Origin: Akkermansia muciniphila
GTDB taxonomy: Bacteria; Verrucomicrobiota; Verrucomicrobiia; Limisphaerales; UBA9464
Assembly: GCA_945883815.1 (NCBI GenBank)
Contig: CAMCYJ010000010.1
Span: 1,047-65,046 of the forward strand
Direction of reading: 5' to 3'
Length of the DNA: 64,000 nucleotides
In this document: piece after piece, positions 1 to 11,317 of the stretch
How positions within the stretch are numbered: position 1 is the first letter of the stretch
Layout of the letters: each line of letters opens with the position of its first letter
Translations under genes and position numbers: made by a program
Notes under the pieces: model-generated
Told to the model about the DNA's origin: nothing
Seen by the model: only the letters and a program-made list of their open reading frames with translations
Databases searched by the model: none

Positions 1-827
1 GTGACCACCGTCAGCCCGCGGTCTTCCAGCTCCGGGCGGAGCAACGCCAGAGTCTCCACACCGGTGTCGTTGAGAGAACCGGCCTGAAGCTTGGGCACCG
101 ACGGTCGAAGGGCCTGGAGGAACTCGGTGATGATGTAGTCGAGCCGGTCGATCTCGCCGGTCGCCACGCCCAGGAAGCCGTCGAGCCGATCCACCGCCTC
201 CTTCAGCTCCGGCACTCCCTCGATGCGCTGCAGCTTGCGCACCTCGCGGGCCATGAGCTGGAGGTGGATGTGCAGGGCATTGAGGGGATTGCCGATTTCA
301 TGGGCCAGACTGCCGGCCAGCAAGGTCAGGGCGTGCACCCGCTCGGCCTCCACCGCCTCGGAGGTGGCCCGACGTGCCTCGGTCGCATCGTTGAGCACCA
401 ACACGACGCCGGAGCTTCCCGGAGCCGCGCCGTCCAAGGGGCGGACATGCAGGCGGATGAGCCGGGGCCTCGGGTATTCCACCTCGAATTCGGTGCGGAA
501 CATGCCGTGGCCGCCGGCCTGATCGAGGCTGGAAATGTGCGCCCAATCCAAATCAGGCAAGTAGCGCGTGACCGGCTCTTCCTCGGCGGTCTCCGGCGGG
601 ATGCCCAGCATGCGGGAGGCCATGAGGTTGAAGTACACCATGCACCCCTGTTCGTTGGTGACGATGATGCCCGAGTCGATGGTGTTGAAGAGGCTCTCGA
701 GGAACTCGCGTTCCTGGGCCAACCGCTGGACGACGCTCTGGAGACCGCTGGGATCGTAGCGTCCGAGACGCCCCAGAGCCTTGTCCAGGAAGCCGGATTT
801 GACCCGGTTGCGTCGGTTCAGAGCCAT
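1..827 (-). CDS. PAS-domain sensor histidine kinase, N-terminal part (3' end runs off the window start)
   Basis: Absent from the ORF track because it has no stop in the window. Hand translation of the minus strand from the ATG at 827-825 gives MALNRRNRVKSGFLDKALG...LFNTIDSGIIVTNEQGCMVYFN (PAS-like)...LAGSLAHEIGNPLNALHIHLQL (HisKA H-box). The + ORF 264..845 is its antisense shadow. Confidence 0.8.
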   Translation of the reverse strand, partial: MALNRRNRVKSGFLDKALGRLGRYDPSGLQSVVQRLAQEREFLESLFNTIDSGIIVTNEQGCMVYFNLMASRMLGIPPETAEEEPVTRYLPDLDWAHISSLDQAGGHGMFRTEFEVEYPRPRLIRLHVRPLDGAAPGSSGVVLVLNDATEARRATSEAVEAERVHALTLLAGSLAHEIGNPLNALHIHLQLMAREVRKLQRIEGVPELKEAVDRLDGFLGVATGEIDRLDYIITEFLQALRPSVPKLQAGSLNDTGVETLALLRPELEDRGLTVV

Positions 828-1816
828 CGCTTTTGCCGGAAGTAGATGAAGGTCAGCCCGGTGGTGATGAGCGTCAGCACGATGGCGAAGGCGTAGCCAT
901 GGGGTTGATCGATCTCGGGCATTGCCTTGAAGTTCATGCCGTACCACGAGGCGATGAGCGTCATCGGCGTCGTGATGATGGTGATCATGGTGAGCACCTT
1001 GACGATCTCGCTGGTGCGGTTGGCCGACATGTTCAGGTAGATCTGGAGAATGCCCGAGAGGGAATCCATGTACCCGTGGGCCAGTTCGCCGATGTGGAAG
1101 AGCCCGTCGTACACGTCGCGGTAGTAAGGCACCAGATGGGCGCGGATGAGCTTGAACTCGCCCCGGGCGAAGCGCTGCAGCACCTCGCGCTGTGGGCCGA
1201 TGATTTGGCGCAGGTGCAGCACCTCTTTCTTCACCTTGAGGATTTGCTGCAGCGTGGCCGGATCGGGACGTTCCAGCACCTCGGTCTCGAGGTCGGCGAT
1301 TTCCATGCTGAGCTCTTCCAAGGCCGGCTTGTAGTTGTCGACCAACGAATCCAGCAGCGCGTGAGCCACACGATCGGGCGCACGCGCCACGTGGACCGTG
1401 CTGCGCAGGCAACGTTCCTCGATCACGGAAATGCTCCTCAGCGGCACCATGTGGTAGGTCACCAGGAAGTTCTTCCCGAGGAAGAAGTTCAGCTCGCTGG
1501 TGGCGAAGGCCCCGTCCTTGCGGCTGTAGTCCACCGCGTGGATGACCATGAACAAGTAGGGATTGAAGCGGTCATCCTCCTTGGGTTCGTAGGTCTCGAC
1601 CTTAGGTGACGGACTCACATTGATGCAGTCCTCCACCGAGAGCGGATGGAAATGGAACACGCCCTCCAAGAGCTTGCGGGTGTCTTCCGGGGTGGCGTCC
1701 TCCAGATCCACCCAGAGGAAGAGATTGGTGTCCGCCAGGAGGGTCGGCATCAGGAACAAGTCAATGTCCCGGGAATGGAGCCGACCGGTGGTGGTGAAGG
1801 CGAACGAGCGGATCAT
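818..1816 (-). CDS. corA: CorA-family magnesium/cobalt transporter
   Basis: Start trimmed to the internal Met (MIRSFAFTT...) of ORF 818..2110. The C-terminal two-TM region carries the YGMNF (GMN) signature. The upstream 98 codons of the ORF lie in a lower-GC intergenic region. Confidence 0.9.
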   Translation of the reverse strand: MIRSFAFTTTGRLHSRDIDLFLMPTLLADTNLFLWVDLEDATPEDTRKLLEGVFHFHPLSVEDCINVSPSPKVETYEPKEDDRFNPYLFMVIHAVDYSRKDGAFATSELNFFLGKNFLVTYHMVPLRSISVIEERCLRSTVHVARAPDRVAHALLDSLVDNYKPALEELSMEIADLETEVLERPDPATLQQILKVKKEVLHLRQIIGPQREVLQRFARGEFKLIRAHLVPYYRDVYDGLFHIGELAHGYMDSLSGILQIYLNMSANRTSEIVKVLTMITIITTPMTLIASWYGMNFKAMPEIDQPHGYAFAIVLTLITTGLTFIYFRQKRWL

Positions 1817-2289
1817 ATCGGTCGCTGGAGAACCTACCGCGTCGGAAGCCTTCGGCAAAGCCGGGAAACAGGCTGAGCAATCAGCCCTTGGAGCACATCG
1901 GCTTTTCTTCCGGACAAGGGGACTCTGATACACATTGCAAAGGACCCACATCGCGGCCCACTCCAGACAGGGTTGCACCTCAAGGCAAATCCGGCCGATT
2001 GAGGGGCCTGAGGGTCGGATCCAGCCCTGTTTACAAATGTCAATTTTGAGAAGTTTTCTCGGATTTAACGGAAACGTGGTTTTTTGTAGAGAACCGACTT
2101 GTAACCACAAGATATGGGGGTACCTTTTCCTTTTGCCCCAACCTGTTGAGTCGAAAACAATCAGAGAAAACCCGATTTTTGATTCAAATCAGCCGTTTTC
2201 AGTGGGTCGGATCACCCTGAGTGGGAGTGACTCGAGCCAAACGAAGACACCCAACCCGAGAGTCAATCCCAGAATACCCCATATAGCCC

Positions 2290-5430
<3,141 letters not shown>

Positions 5431-5469
5431 TCGGCCCGCCACAGGCTTGAAAGCCTGACAGGCCTGACA

Positions 5470-5518
5470 GGCCGGGAAGCGTGATCCACAAAGGTCAACG
5501 CCTCCCGGCCTTTTTCTT
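5470..5518 (+). terminator. Rho-independent terminator after nrdJ
   Basis: Arms GGCCGGGAAGCG (5470-5481) and CGCCTCCCGGCC (5499-5510) with one mismatch, followed by TTTTTCTT. Confidence 0.6.
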
Positions 5519-5629
5519 GCCGTCACACCCAGGAGGCGCTGGCGCGGGGGATCAGGACACAATTCCGTCACTCAATCATCACAACAGCTTCAGATGAATT
5601 GTGAAGCCGAACAGGGGTAGTTTTCACGG

Positions 5630-6433
5630 GTGAGTCATCGCCACACCCGAAACAGGAAACCTACCATCCAGGGTTCCTGTTTGGCGTTCACATTGATCGA
5701 GTTGCTGGTGGTCATCGCCATCATCGCGATCTTGGCATCGATGCTTTTGCCAGCCTTGTCGGGCGCGAAGGCCAAGGCTCAGGGCATCGCCTGCCTGAAC
5801 CACCTGCGCCAGTTGGGTGTCGCCCTCCACCTCTACACCAACGACAACGGCGACGGGTTTCCGCCGATCCAGGCGCGCATTCCCAACGGCGAATCGAGCT
5901 GGCGGGCCTACCTCTACCCCAATGTCGGCCAGAACCCGAGGGTCTACGACTGCCCGGCCGAGAAGAACGAGGTCTACGCCAGCGCCAGAAGCCGTCCGAC
6001 CTCCAGGCCCAGCCTCTGGGTACTGGGTCAGTTGGTCCCCGGTGAGATCGAAATCCCCAGCGGCCTGGGAGCGGTCAACGTCCACTGGCTTTCAGGCGGG
6101 GCCCAGCCGCCCTTCGGCCGTCCCGCCGGCTACGAAAACAACCTCTGCCGGTGGGGGATGGTGGAGGCGGCCTCGCAATTGATCCTCTTCGGAGACGGCC
6201 ACAGCGACGTGTACGGGGTGTGGCCCTCGGACCGCTGGTGGATCTGGAAGGAACTGGGCGACGCCAACCAACCGGGCTTCAACCGACTGGCTCAAGGCGA
6301 CAAGGGAGCGGTGCGACACCAGCGCCGTTCGAACTACGTCTTCGCCGACGGAAGTGCGCGCTCGCTCGAACCGGGCCGGATCCCTTGCAACACCAACGAG
6401 TGCTGGTGGTCGGCCAAGGCCGATCCCCACTGA
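5630..6433 (+). CDS. Prepilin-type N-terminal cleavage/methylation domain protein with C-terminal H-X9-DG motif (DUF1559-like pseudopilin)
   Basis: GTG start. N-terminus has [25 protein letters not shown]-terminal [12 protein letters not shown] fits H-X9-DG exactly. Confidence 0.85.
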   Translation: MSHRHTRNRKPTIQGSCLAFTLIELLVVIAIIAILASMLLPALSGAKAKAQGIACLNHLRQLGVALHLYTNDNGDGFPPIQARIPNGESSWRAYLYPNVGQNPRVYDCPAEKNEVYASARSRPTSRPSLWVLGQLVPGEIEIPSGLGAVNVHWLSGGAQPPFGRPAGYENNLCRWGMVEAASQLILFGDGHSDVYGVWPSDRWWIWKELGDANQPGFNRLAQGDKGAVRHQRRSNYVFADGSARSLEPGRIPCNTNECWWSAKADPH

Positions 6434-6440
6434 AACGCCC

Positions 6441-6929
6441 ATGACCACTCCAAAAAATCTTCGGCTCGTCGGGGCCGCTGTGGCGGCGGGTGCGGCCTTG
6501 GTGCTACTGTACCGGACCTGGTCGACCGATGGGGCGGGCCCCCGCGGATTCTTCTACGACCTGAGCGCCGGGCGGCTCTTCGAGGGCCCCATCGACGCCA
6601 TCCCACCGGTCGTCGGCGTCGACGGACCCGATGCCGACGGCTACCGCGCGGTGATCGTCTCGGTGAGCGGCAAGCCCGAGGAGCGCTCGTCGTGGCGTGT
6701 GGCCTACCTCGAGCGCTACTCGCCCGAATTGCAGCGGCAGATGGAGCAGGCCCGGCAGGGAGGCCCCGCCCCCACGATCCCACGCTCGGAAGCCCAGGCA
6801 CACCGTTGGGTGCGCCGGACCAACGACACCGAGTGGGTCCCCATCGCCTCCGAGGCCGGTGGGCGGATCGTCACAGAATGGGCCCAACCCGGACCCGACG
6901 GCATCACGCCGGTGGTCTGCACCCCTTGA
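6441..6929 (+). CDS. Hypothetical membrane-anchored protein
   Basis: ATG lies 7 nt after the pseudopilin stop. N-terminal anchor LRLVGAAVAAGAALVLLY. Third-position G/C is high by eye. No family recognised. Confidence 0.55.
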   Translation: MTTPKNLRLVGAAVAAGAALVLLYRTWSTDGAGPRGFFYDLSAGRLFEGPIDAIPPVVGVDGPDADGYRAVIVSVSGKPEERSSWRVAYLERYSPELQRQMEQARQGGPAPTIPRSEAQAHRWVRRTNDTEWVPIASEAGGRIVTEWAQPGPDGITPVVCTP

Positions 6930-7040
6930 AGTTCCGCGATCACGAACTCCCGACCTCACCCCCCATCTTCCCTGTGAACCAACCTCACCCTGAACTCCTA
7001 AACTCCTGATCTCTGAACCTAACTTGAACCTATTGAACCC

Positions 7041-10000
7041 ATGAAACCATCCCCATCCTCCCGTTGCCCGCAACCTGGGCGACTCCCGAAGGCCGCGCTC
7101 CTGGCCTGCCTGCTCGGCAGCCAAGCCCTCACCGCGCAATCCGTCGTCACCAGCCTTGAGAACTACTTCCCGGCCGAGGCCATCTCGGTCTCCTTCGCCG
7201 GAGGTCCTGGCAATTCCAAGGACTGGATCGGCGTCTATCCCGAAGGCGTGACGCCCGGATCGACCGGATCGACCATTTGGAACTACGTCAACGGCACGCG
7301 CACTGCGGGGGCCGGTCTCCGTGAGGGCTCCATGACCTTCGGCTCAGGCCTGAACCTCGCCGGCGTCTGGACCGCCTACCTCTTGGTCAATGACGGCTAC
7401 ACCGTAGTGACCAACGTCTCCTTCAATGTCCTCGCGCCGACAGCTCCGGCGGTCCGGCCCTCCGCCAACCGGTACGCCCCCGGCCAGACCATCAACGTCG
7501 GATTCACCAACGGTCCCGCCAACCCGAAGGACTGGATCGGCGTCTATCCCGAAGGAGTGACCCCGGGCTCGACCGGCTCGACCATCTGGAACTACGTGGA
7601 TGGAACTCAGGCGGGCAATGCAGGCAAGGCCAGCGGTTTGGTCACCTTCCAAAACGGCCTCACCGCCACTGGCAAGTACCGGGCCTACCTGCTGGAGAAC
7701 GACGGATACACGATCCTCGCCAGTGAGCCCATCACGGTGGCCGTCCCGACGATCAGCGGGGCGAGCGTGGTTTCCACGAGCCCGGCCCCCGACTCTACCG
7801 GAGTGGCGCCCAACGCCCCTTACCGGGCCGAACTGACCAACGGCATCGCGCTCGCGTCGATCCGCCTGTCGTTGAACGGCAAAGCCGCGGCAGCCACGGT
7901 AACTGGCACCGCCCAGCAAGCCTCGGTGACCTTCACCAACGCACTGTTGCTAGCCCCGGCCTCGTCGAACGTCTATGTGCTGTCCTTCTCGGACACCGGT
8001 GTCCCGGCCAAGACCTTCAACCTCACCAATGCGTTCCAGGTGGCCAACTACCGGAACATCGAACTACCCACACCTTTGGTGTTCGTTAACTTCGATGCAA
8101 TTGCCGAGGGACAGGTGCCTGCCGGTTGGACGCGCAAGTCCTACGTCGAGATCGTCAACCCCGAGCTCGACTTCGGCAACCTCGGCTCCGCGGCGTATGC
8201 CGATTGGACCACCGTGGAGACCTCGCGGTTCAACGGCAGCTTCGTCACCTACAACAATCCGGAAAACCCCGCTGACTGGGGGACGGACTACCAACGCGTG
8301 AACGTGCCCAATCCGGCCAACGTGGTGAACGGGCAAATCCTGAATGAACCGCTGGCCAAGGGCCGTTTCCTCTTCAGCACCTCGGGATACTCGGTCGGCC
8401 GCAGCCAGGTGATGCACATCACGACGCCCGATTACAACTTCTCGGGTCGTACCAACGTGCAAGTGGCCTTCAAGAGCCTCTGGGAGCAGAACCAGGACAG
8501 TATCGGAGCCTTGGAATACTCCATCAATGGCGGCGCCGATTGGCTGCCGTTGGTTTACCTCATCGATGAAGCGGACCTGGTCAAAGCAGAGGACGGATCC
8601 TTGGACGCCGAGGCGACCCTTAACAAGGAACACGGCGACGTGGCCAACTACACCGACGACGCTGGAACTGTCATCGGCGGCACCTACGGTGCCTTCATCG
8701 GTGCTCCGATCACCGCCAGCTTGGCCCCGTTCATCCAGGGCCGCGTCAATGACAACCGCTTCGAGTCCAAGCGCTACGAGCTCTTCCGAGTGAGCGGTGC
8801 CGACAACCAATCCAAGGTGCGCTTCCGCTTCATTCAAGCCGGCACCGACAGCTGGTACTGGGGTATCGACGACTTCGGTCTCTACGCCGGCGCTGCTTCG
8901 AGCACCAACACTCCGTCCGAACCGGCCAAGCCGTTCGCCTTGCTGGACATCAACAACAAGGTGGTCTCGACCGTGGTCACCAACGCCGACGGATCGTTCA
9001 CCCTCACGGCTGGAGGCGGTGATACTTGGGACAATGCCGACTCGTTCTCCTACCTGCACCAGCAGCGGAGCGGTGACTTCGACGTGCGCGTCCAAGTGCT
9101 TTCGGTCGAAGCCGACGATGCAGCATCGACTCAGAAGAGCGCCAAGGGCGCCTTGCATATCCGGGCCAATCTCACTCCGGGCAGCCCGAACATCCAACTG
9201 AACGCCACTCCCATCGCGGGCGCCAATTACGTGGAGACGATTTTCCGCCCGGTCCAGGACGGCGGCACTGATGATCCTCCGAGCGGCTCCATCAAGGTGG
9301 ATTCCGGTCCCGGTGAGGGCACTTACCGCCCGAATGACGGTGACTTGTTCCCGGTCTGGTTCCGGGCCCGCCGCGAACGCAACCTGTTCCAGACGTTCGT
9401 TTCCGCCAACGGCATCCAATGGAAGGTCGTCGCCGAGTACCAGATGGACACCTTCCCGACCAATGTCTATGTCGGCCTAGGCGCCGTGGCACACATCGGC
9501 TCCAACGAGGATGCGGCCAACCGCGTCAGGGCCACGTTCAAGAGCTTCGGGAATACTCCGCTGCCTCCCGCGGCGACGGTCGCCGGCGCACCAGCCGGCA
9601 CCAATTCTCCCGGTACCTACCCTGACGGCACGGTGACGGCCGTGAACTGGCACGTCAGCCTCCCGACCGACGGCATTGGCTACACCGCCGACAAGACCCA
9701 GAGCGGCCCCATCGTCTGGAACACGGGCGGTTTCGGAACCATTTCCCGCGACTTGCTCTTGAGCATCAACGGAGAGCAAGGCCCCCTGTCCTTCGGCATC
9801 GCCCGCTACGCGGCTGGCGCTCTCGACTTCGGCATCGGCGTCCGCAATGCAACTGCGGCCCAGGAGAACCTCGGGCCCTATTCGAACCCCACGCGCCAGC
9901 GTTATGCGGCACCGGAAGCCAGCGTGCCCTCGGCGCAATCCTGGTTCCCCTCGCCGAAGCACGGCGTTCTGGTGACCTCCACCCGCAAGGTGGGATCGCT

Positions 10001-11186
10001 TCAATGGAATGACGGTGCGGCTCCGTTCTACGCCCACGCCTTCATGGCGGTGGACGGCTCGAGCACCCGCCACTTCAACATGGACGACGGATCCTTCGGT
10101 GGCGGCGACTTCTATCTGCGCATGGCCAAGTTGGCTGACACCGCCGCCCACCCCAACGCCCAGGCCAACAGCGCCGGAGGGTTCCAGCGCGCGGCCTTCG
10201 ACAACTCGGTGGCCTGGTTCCCCTACTCGCAGGGATGGAAGGCGGGTTATTTCGCCGACGCCTCCGGAGGAGCCAAGGGCCGCTGGAGCCGATCCTTCTC
10301 GCACAGCGCTGCTGCGGGCGAAGGTTCGTTCGTCATCGACCGGCAAATCTCCGCGGCACTCCTCCGCTGGGAAGACTTGGGCGGCGAGACCTTCGGTGGT
10401 CTGGCCACGCTCGCCTTGCCTGCTGTGAATTCGAAGAACGACGGTTTGATCTTCCTGACCGGCAACGACGACGGCACCGCGAGGGGACCCCAGGTCAACT
10501 GCGCGCCCACCGCTGACGGCAAGGGTTGGACCGTGGCCGTCCGCTCGGTCGAAGAGAACAAACAAGATCCCGCAACCTACGCAGCCAGCGACAAGTGCGA
10601 GTTCTCCTTCCTCTACATCCCCTTGAGTGCTGGCAACCTGATTGGCGGCGAAATCGCCGGATCTAGTGGCGCAACCACTCGCAAGGCCGGGCAATTCACC
10701 TCCACCCGACTGGCAGCCGGCAAGTACCGCCTCCAGATTCCGGGTAAGAGCGGCAAGGATGGCATGCTCATCCTGCAATCCGTGGGACAGCATCCCTCCA
10801 ACGCCAGCCTCGTGGACAACACCACGTTGGCCTATGAGGCGACCGCCGATGGCTTCGTGGTCGAGGCCCGTGCCTTGAATCCCGCTGCCGATGCCACGCC
10901 CGGCAGTGTGTCACTGCGGGACGCGAACTTCTACTTCGCCTGGGTTGACTTCGTCACCCCGCTCACCCCCACGGCGGCCGTTCCCACGACCGCTCCGGTC
11001 CTCTCGGTCAAGACCGCAGGTGCCCAGTACCTCATCTCGTGGCCGAGCTCGGTCACCGGCTACGTGCTGGAATCGGCCACCTCGCTCACACAGTCGGTGT
11101 GGTCGAACGTGACTGGAGTCTCCGGCAACTCCGTCAGCATCCCTGCTGATTCGGCCAGCCGGTTCTTCCGGTTGCGCAAACCCTGA
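7041..11186 (+). CDS. Large secreted multidomain protein (tandem N-terminal beta domains, jelly-roll/ConA-like lectin-type domains, C-terminal FFRLRKP module)
   Basis: 1381 aa. Signal peptide ...ALLACLLGSQALTAQS. Contains a duplicated ~103-aa domain and a segment ending WYWGIDDFGLY. The segment SFSYLHQQRSGDFDVRVQV...NLFQTFVSANGIQWKVV resembles the DUF1349/ConA-like fold from memory. No catalytic motif recognised. Confidence 0.8.
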   Translation: MKPSPSSRCPQPGRLPKAALLACLLGSQALTAQSVVTSLENYFPAEAISVSFAGGPGNSKDWIGVYPEGVTPGSTGSTIWNYVNGTRTAGAGLREGSMTFGSGLNLAGVWTAYLLVNDGYTVVTNVSFNVLAPTAPAVRPSANRYAPGQTINVGFTNGPANPKDWIGVYPEGVTPGSTGSTIWNYVDGTQAGNAGKASGLVTFQNGLTATGKYRAYLLENDGYTILASEPITVAVPTISGASVVSTSPAPDSTGVAPNAPYRAELTNGIALASIRLSLNGKAAAATVTGTAQQASVTFTNALLLAPASSNVYVLSFSDTGVPAKTFNLTNAFQVANYRNIELPTPLVFVNFDAIAEGQVPAGWTRKSYVEIVNPELDFGNLGSAAYADWTTVETSRFNGSFVTYNNPENPADWGTDYQRVNVPNPANVVNGQILNEPLAKGRFLFSTSGYSVGRSQVMHITTPDYNFSGRTNVQVAFKSLWEQNQDSIGALEYSINGGADWLPLVYLIDEADLVKAEDGSLDAEATLNKEHGDVANYTDDAGTVIGGTYGAFIGAPITASLAPFIQGRVNDNRFESKRYELFRVSGADNQSKVRFRFIQAGTDSWYWGIDDFGLYAGAASSTNTPSEPAKPFALLDINNKVVSTVVTNADGSFTLTAGGGDTWDNADSFSYLHQQRSGDFDVRVQVLSVEADDAASTQKSAKGALHIRANLTPGSPNIQLNATPIAGANYVETIFRPVQDGGTDDPPSGSIKVDSGPGEGTYRPNDGDLFPVWFRARRERNLFQTFVSANGIQWKVVAEYQMDTFPTNVYVGLGAVAHIGSNEDAANRVRATFKSFGNTPLPPAATVAGAPAGTNSPGTYPDGTVTAVNWHVSLPTDGIGYTADKTQSGPIVWNTGGFGTISRDLLLSINGEQGPLSFGIARYAAGALDFGIGVRNATAAQENLGPYSNPTRQRYAAPEASVPSAQSWFPSPKHGVLVTSTRKVGSLQWNDGAAPFYAHAFMAVDGSSTRHFNMDDGSFGGGDFYLRMAKLADTAAHPNAQANSAGGFQRAAFDNSVAWFPYSQGWKAGYFADASGGAKGRWSRSFSHSAAAGEGSFVIDRQISAALLRWEDLGGETFGGLATLALPAVNSKNDGLIFLTGNDDGTARGPQVNCAPTADGKGWTVAVRSVEENKQDPATYAASDKCEFSFLYIPLSAGNLIGGEIAGSSGATTRKAGQFTSTRLAAGKYRLQIPGKSGKDGMLILQSVGQHPSNASLVDNTTLAYEATADGFVVEARALNPAADATPGSVSLRDANFYFAWVDFVTPLTPTAAVPTTAPVLSVKTAGAQYLISWPSSVTGYVLESATSLTQSVWSNVTGVSGNSVSIPADSASRFFRLRKP
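7140..7755. repeat. Intragenic tandem duplication, 2 x 309 nt
   Basis: AAGGACTGGATCGGCGTCTATCCCGAAGG occurs at 7218 and 7527 (offset 309 nt = 103 codons). Flanking sequence is highly similar at nucleotide level (KDWIGVYPEGVTPGSTGSTIWNYV in both copies). Confidence 0.8.
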
Positions 11187-11224
11187 TTGGTTCCTTTGAA
11201 TCAGGACGGTGTCCGTTAGTACGA

Positions 11225-11253
11225 GGGCCGGGGCATCCACCCCGGCCCTTCTT
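11225..11253 (+). terminator. Rho-independent terminator
   Basis: GGGCCGGGG (11225-11233), loop CATCCA, CCCCGGCCC (11240-11248), then TTCTT. Confidence 0.7.
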
Positions 11254-11317
11254 GCGTCGCGAGGGTTGCGCCTTCGACGCTTTCCGGATTTCGAATTCAC
11301 CATTCAACCGCATTCCC

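Noticed and set aside
1817-2289. Considered an M-box (Mg2+) riboswitch upstream of corA, and NrdR boxes upstream of nrdJ (CCACAAGATATGGGG at ~2105 and CCCCATATAGCC at ~2274).
   Set aside because: The minus-strand leader lacks the conserved M-box cores as I recall them (GGUGAGGC, GCCC-GAAA-GUC, ACAGUGC-AAA-CUC). The NrdR-like sites are imperfect palindromes ~170 bp apart, not the canonical closely spaced tandem pair. The AT-rich stretch 2040-2200 is probably just a divergent promoter region.
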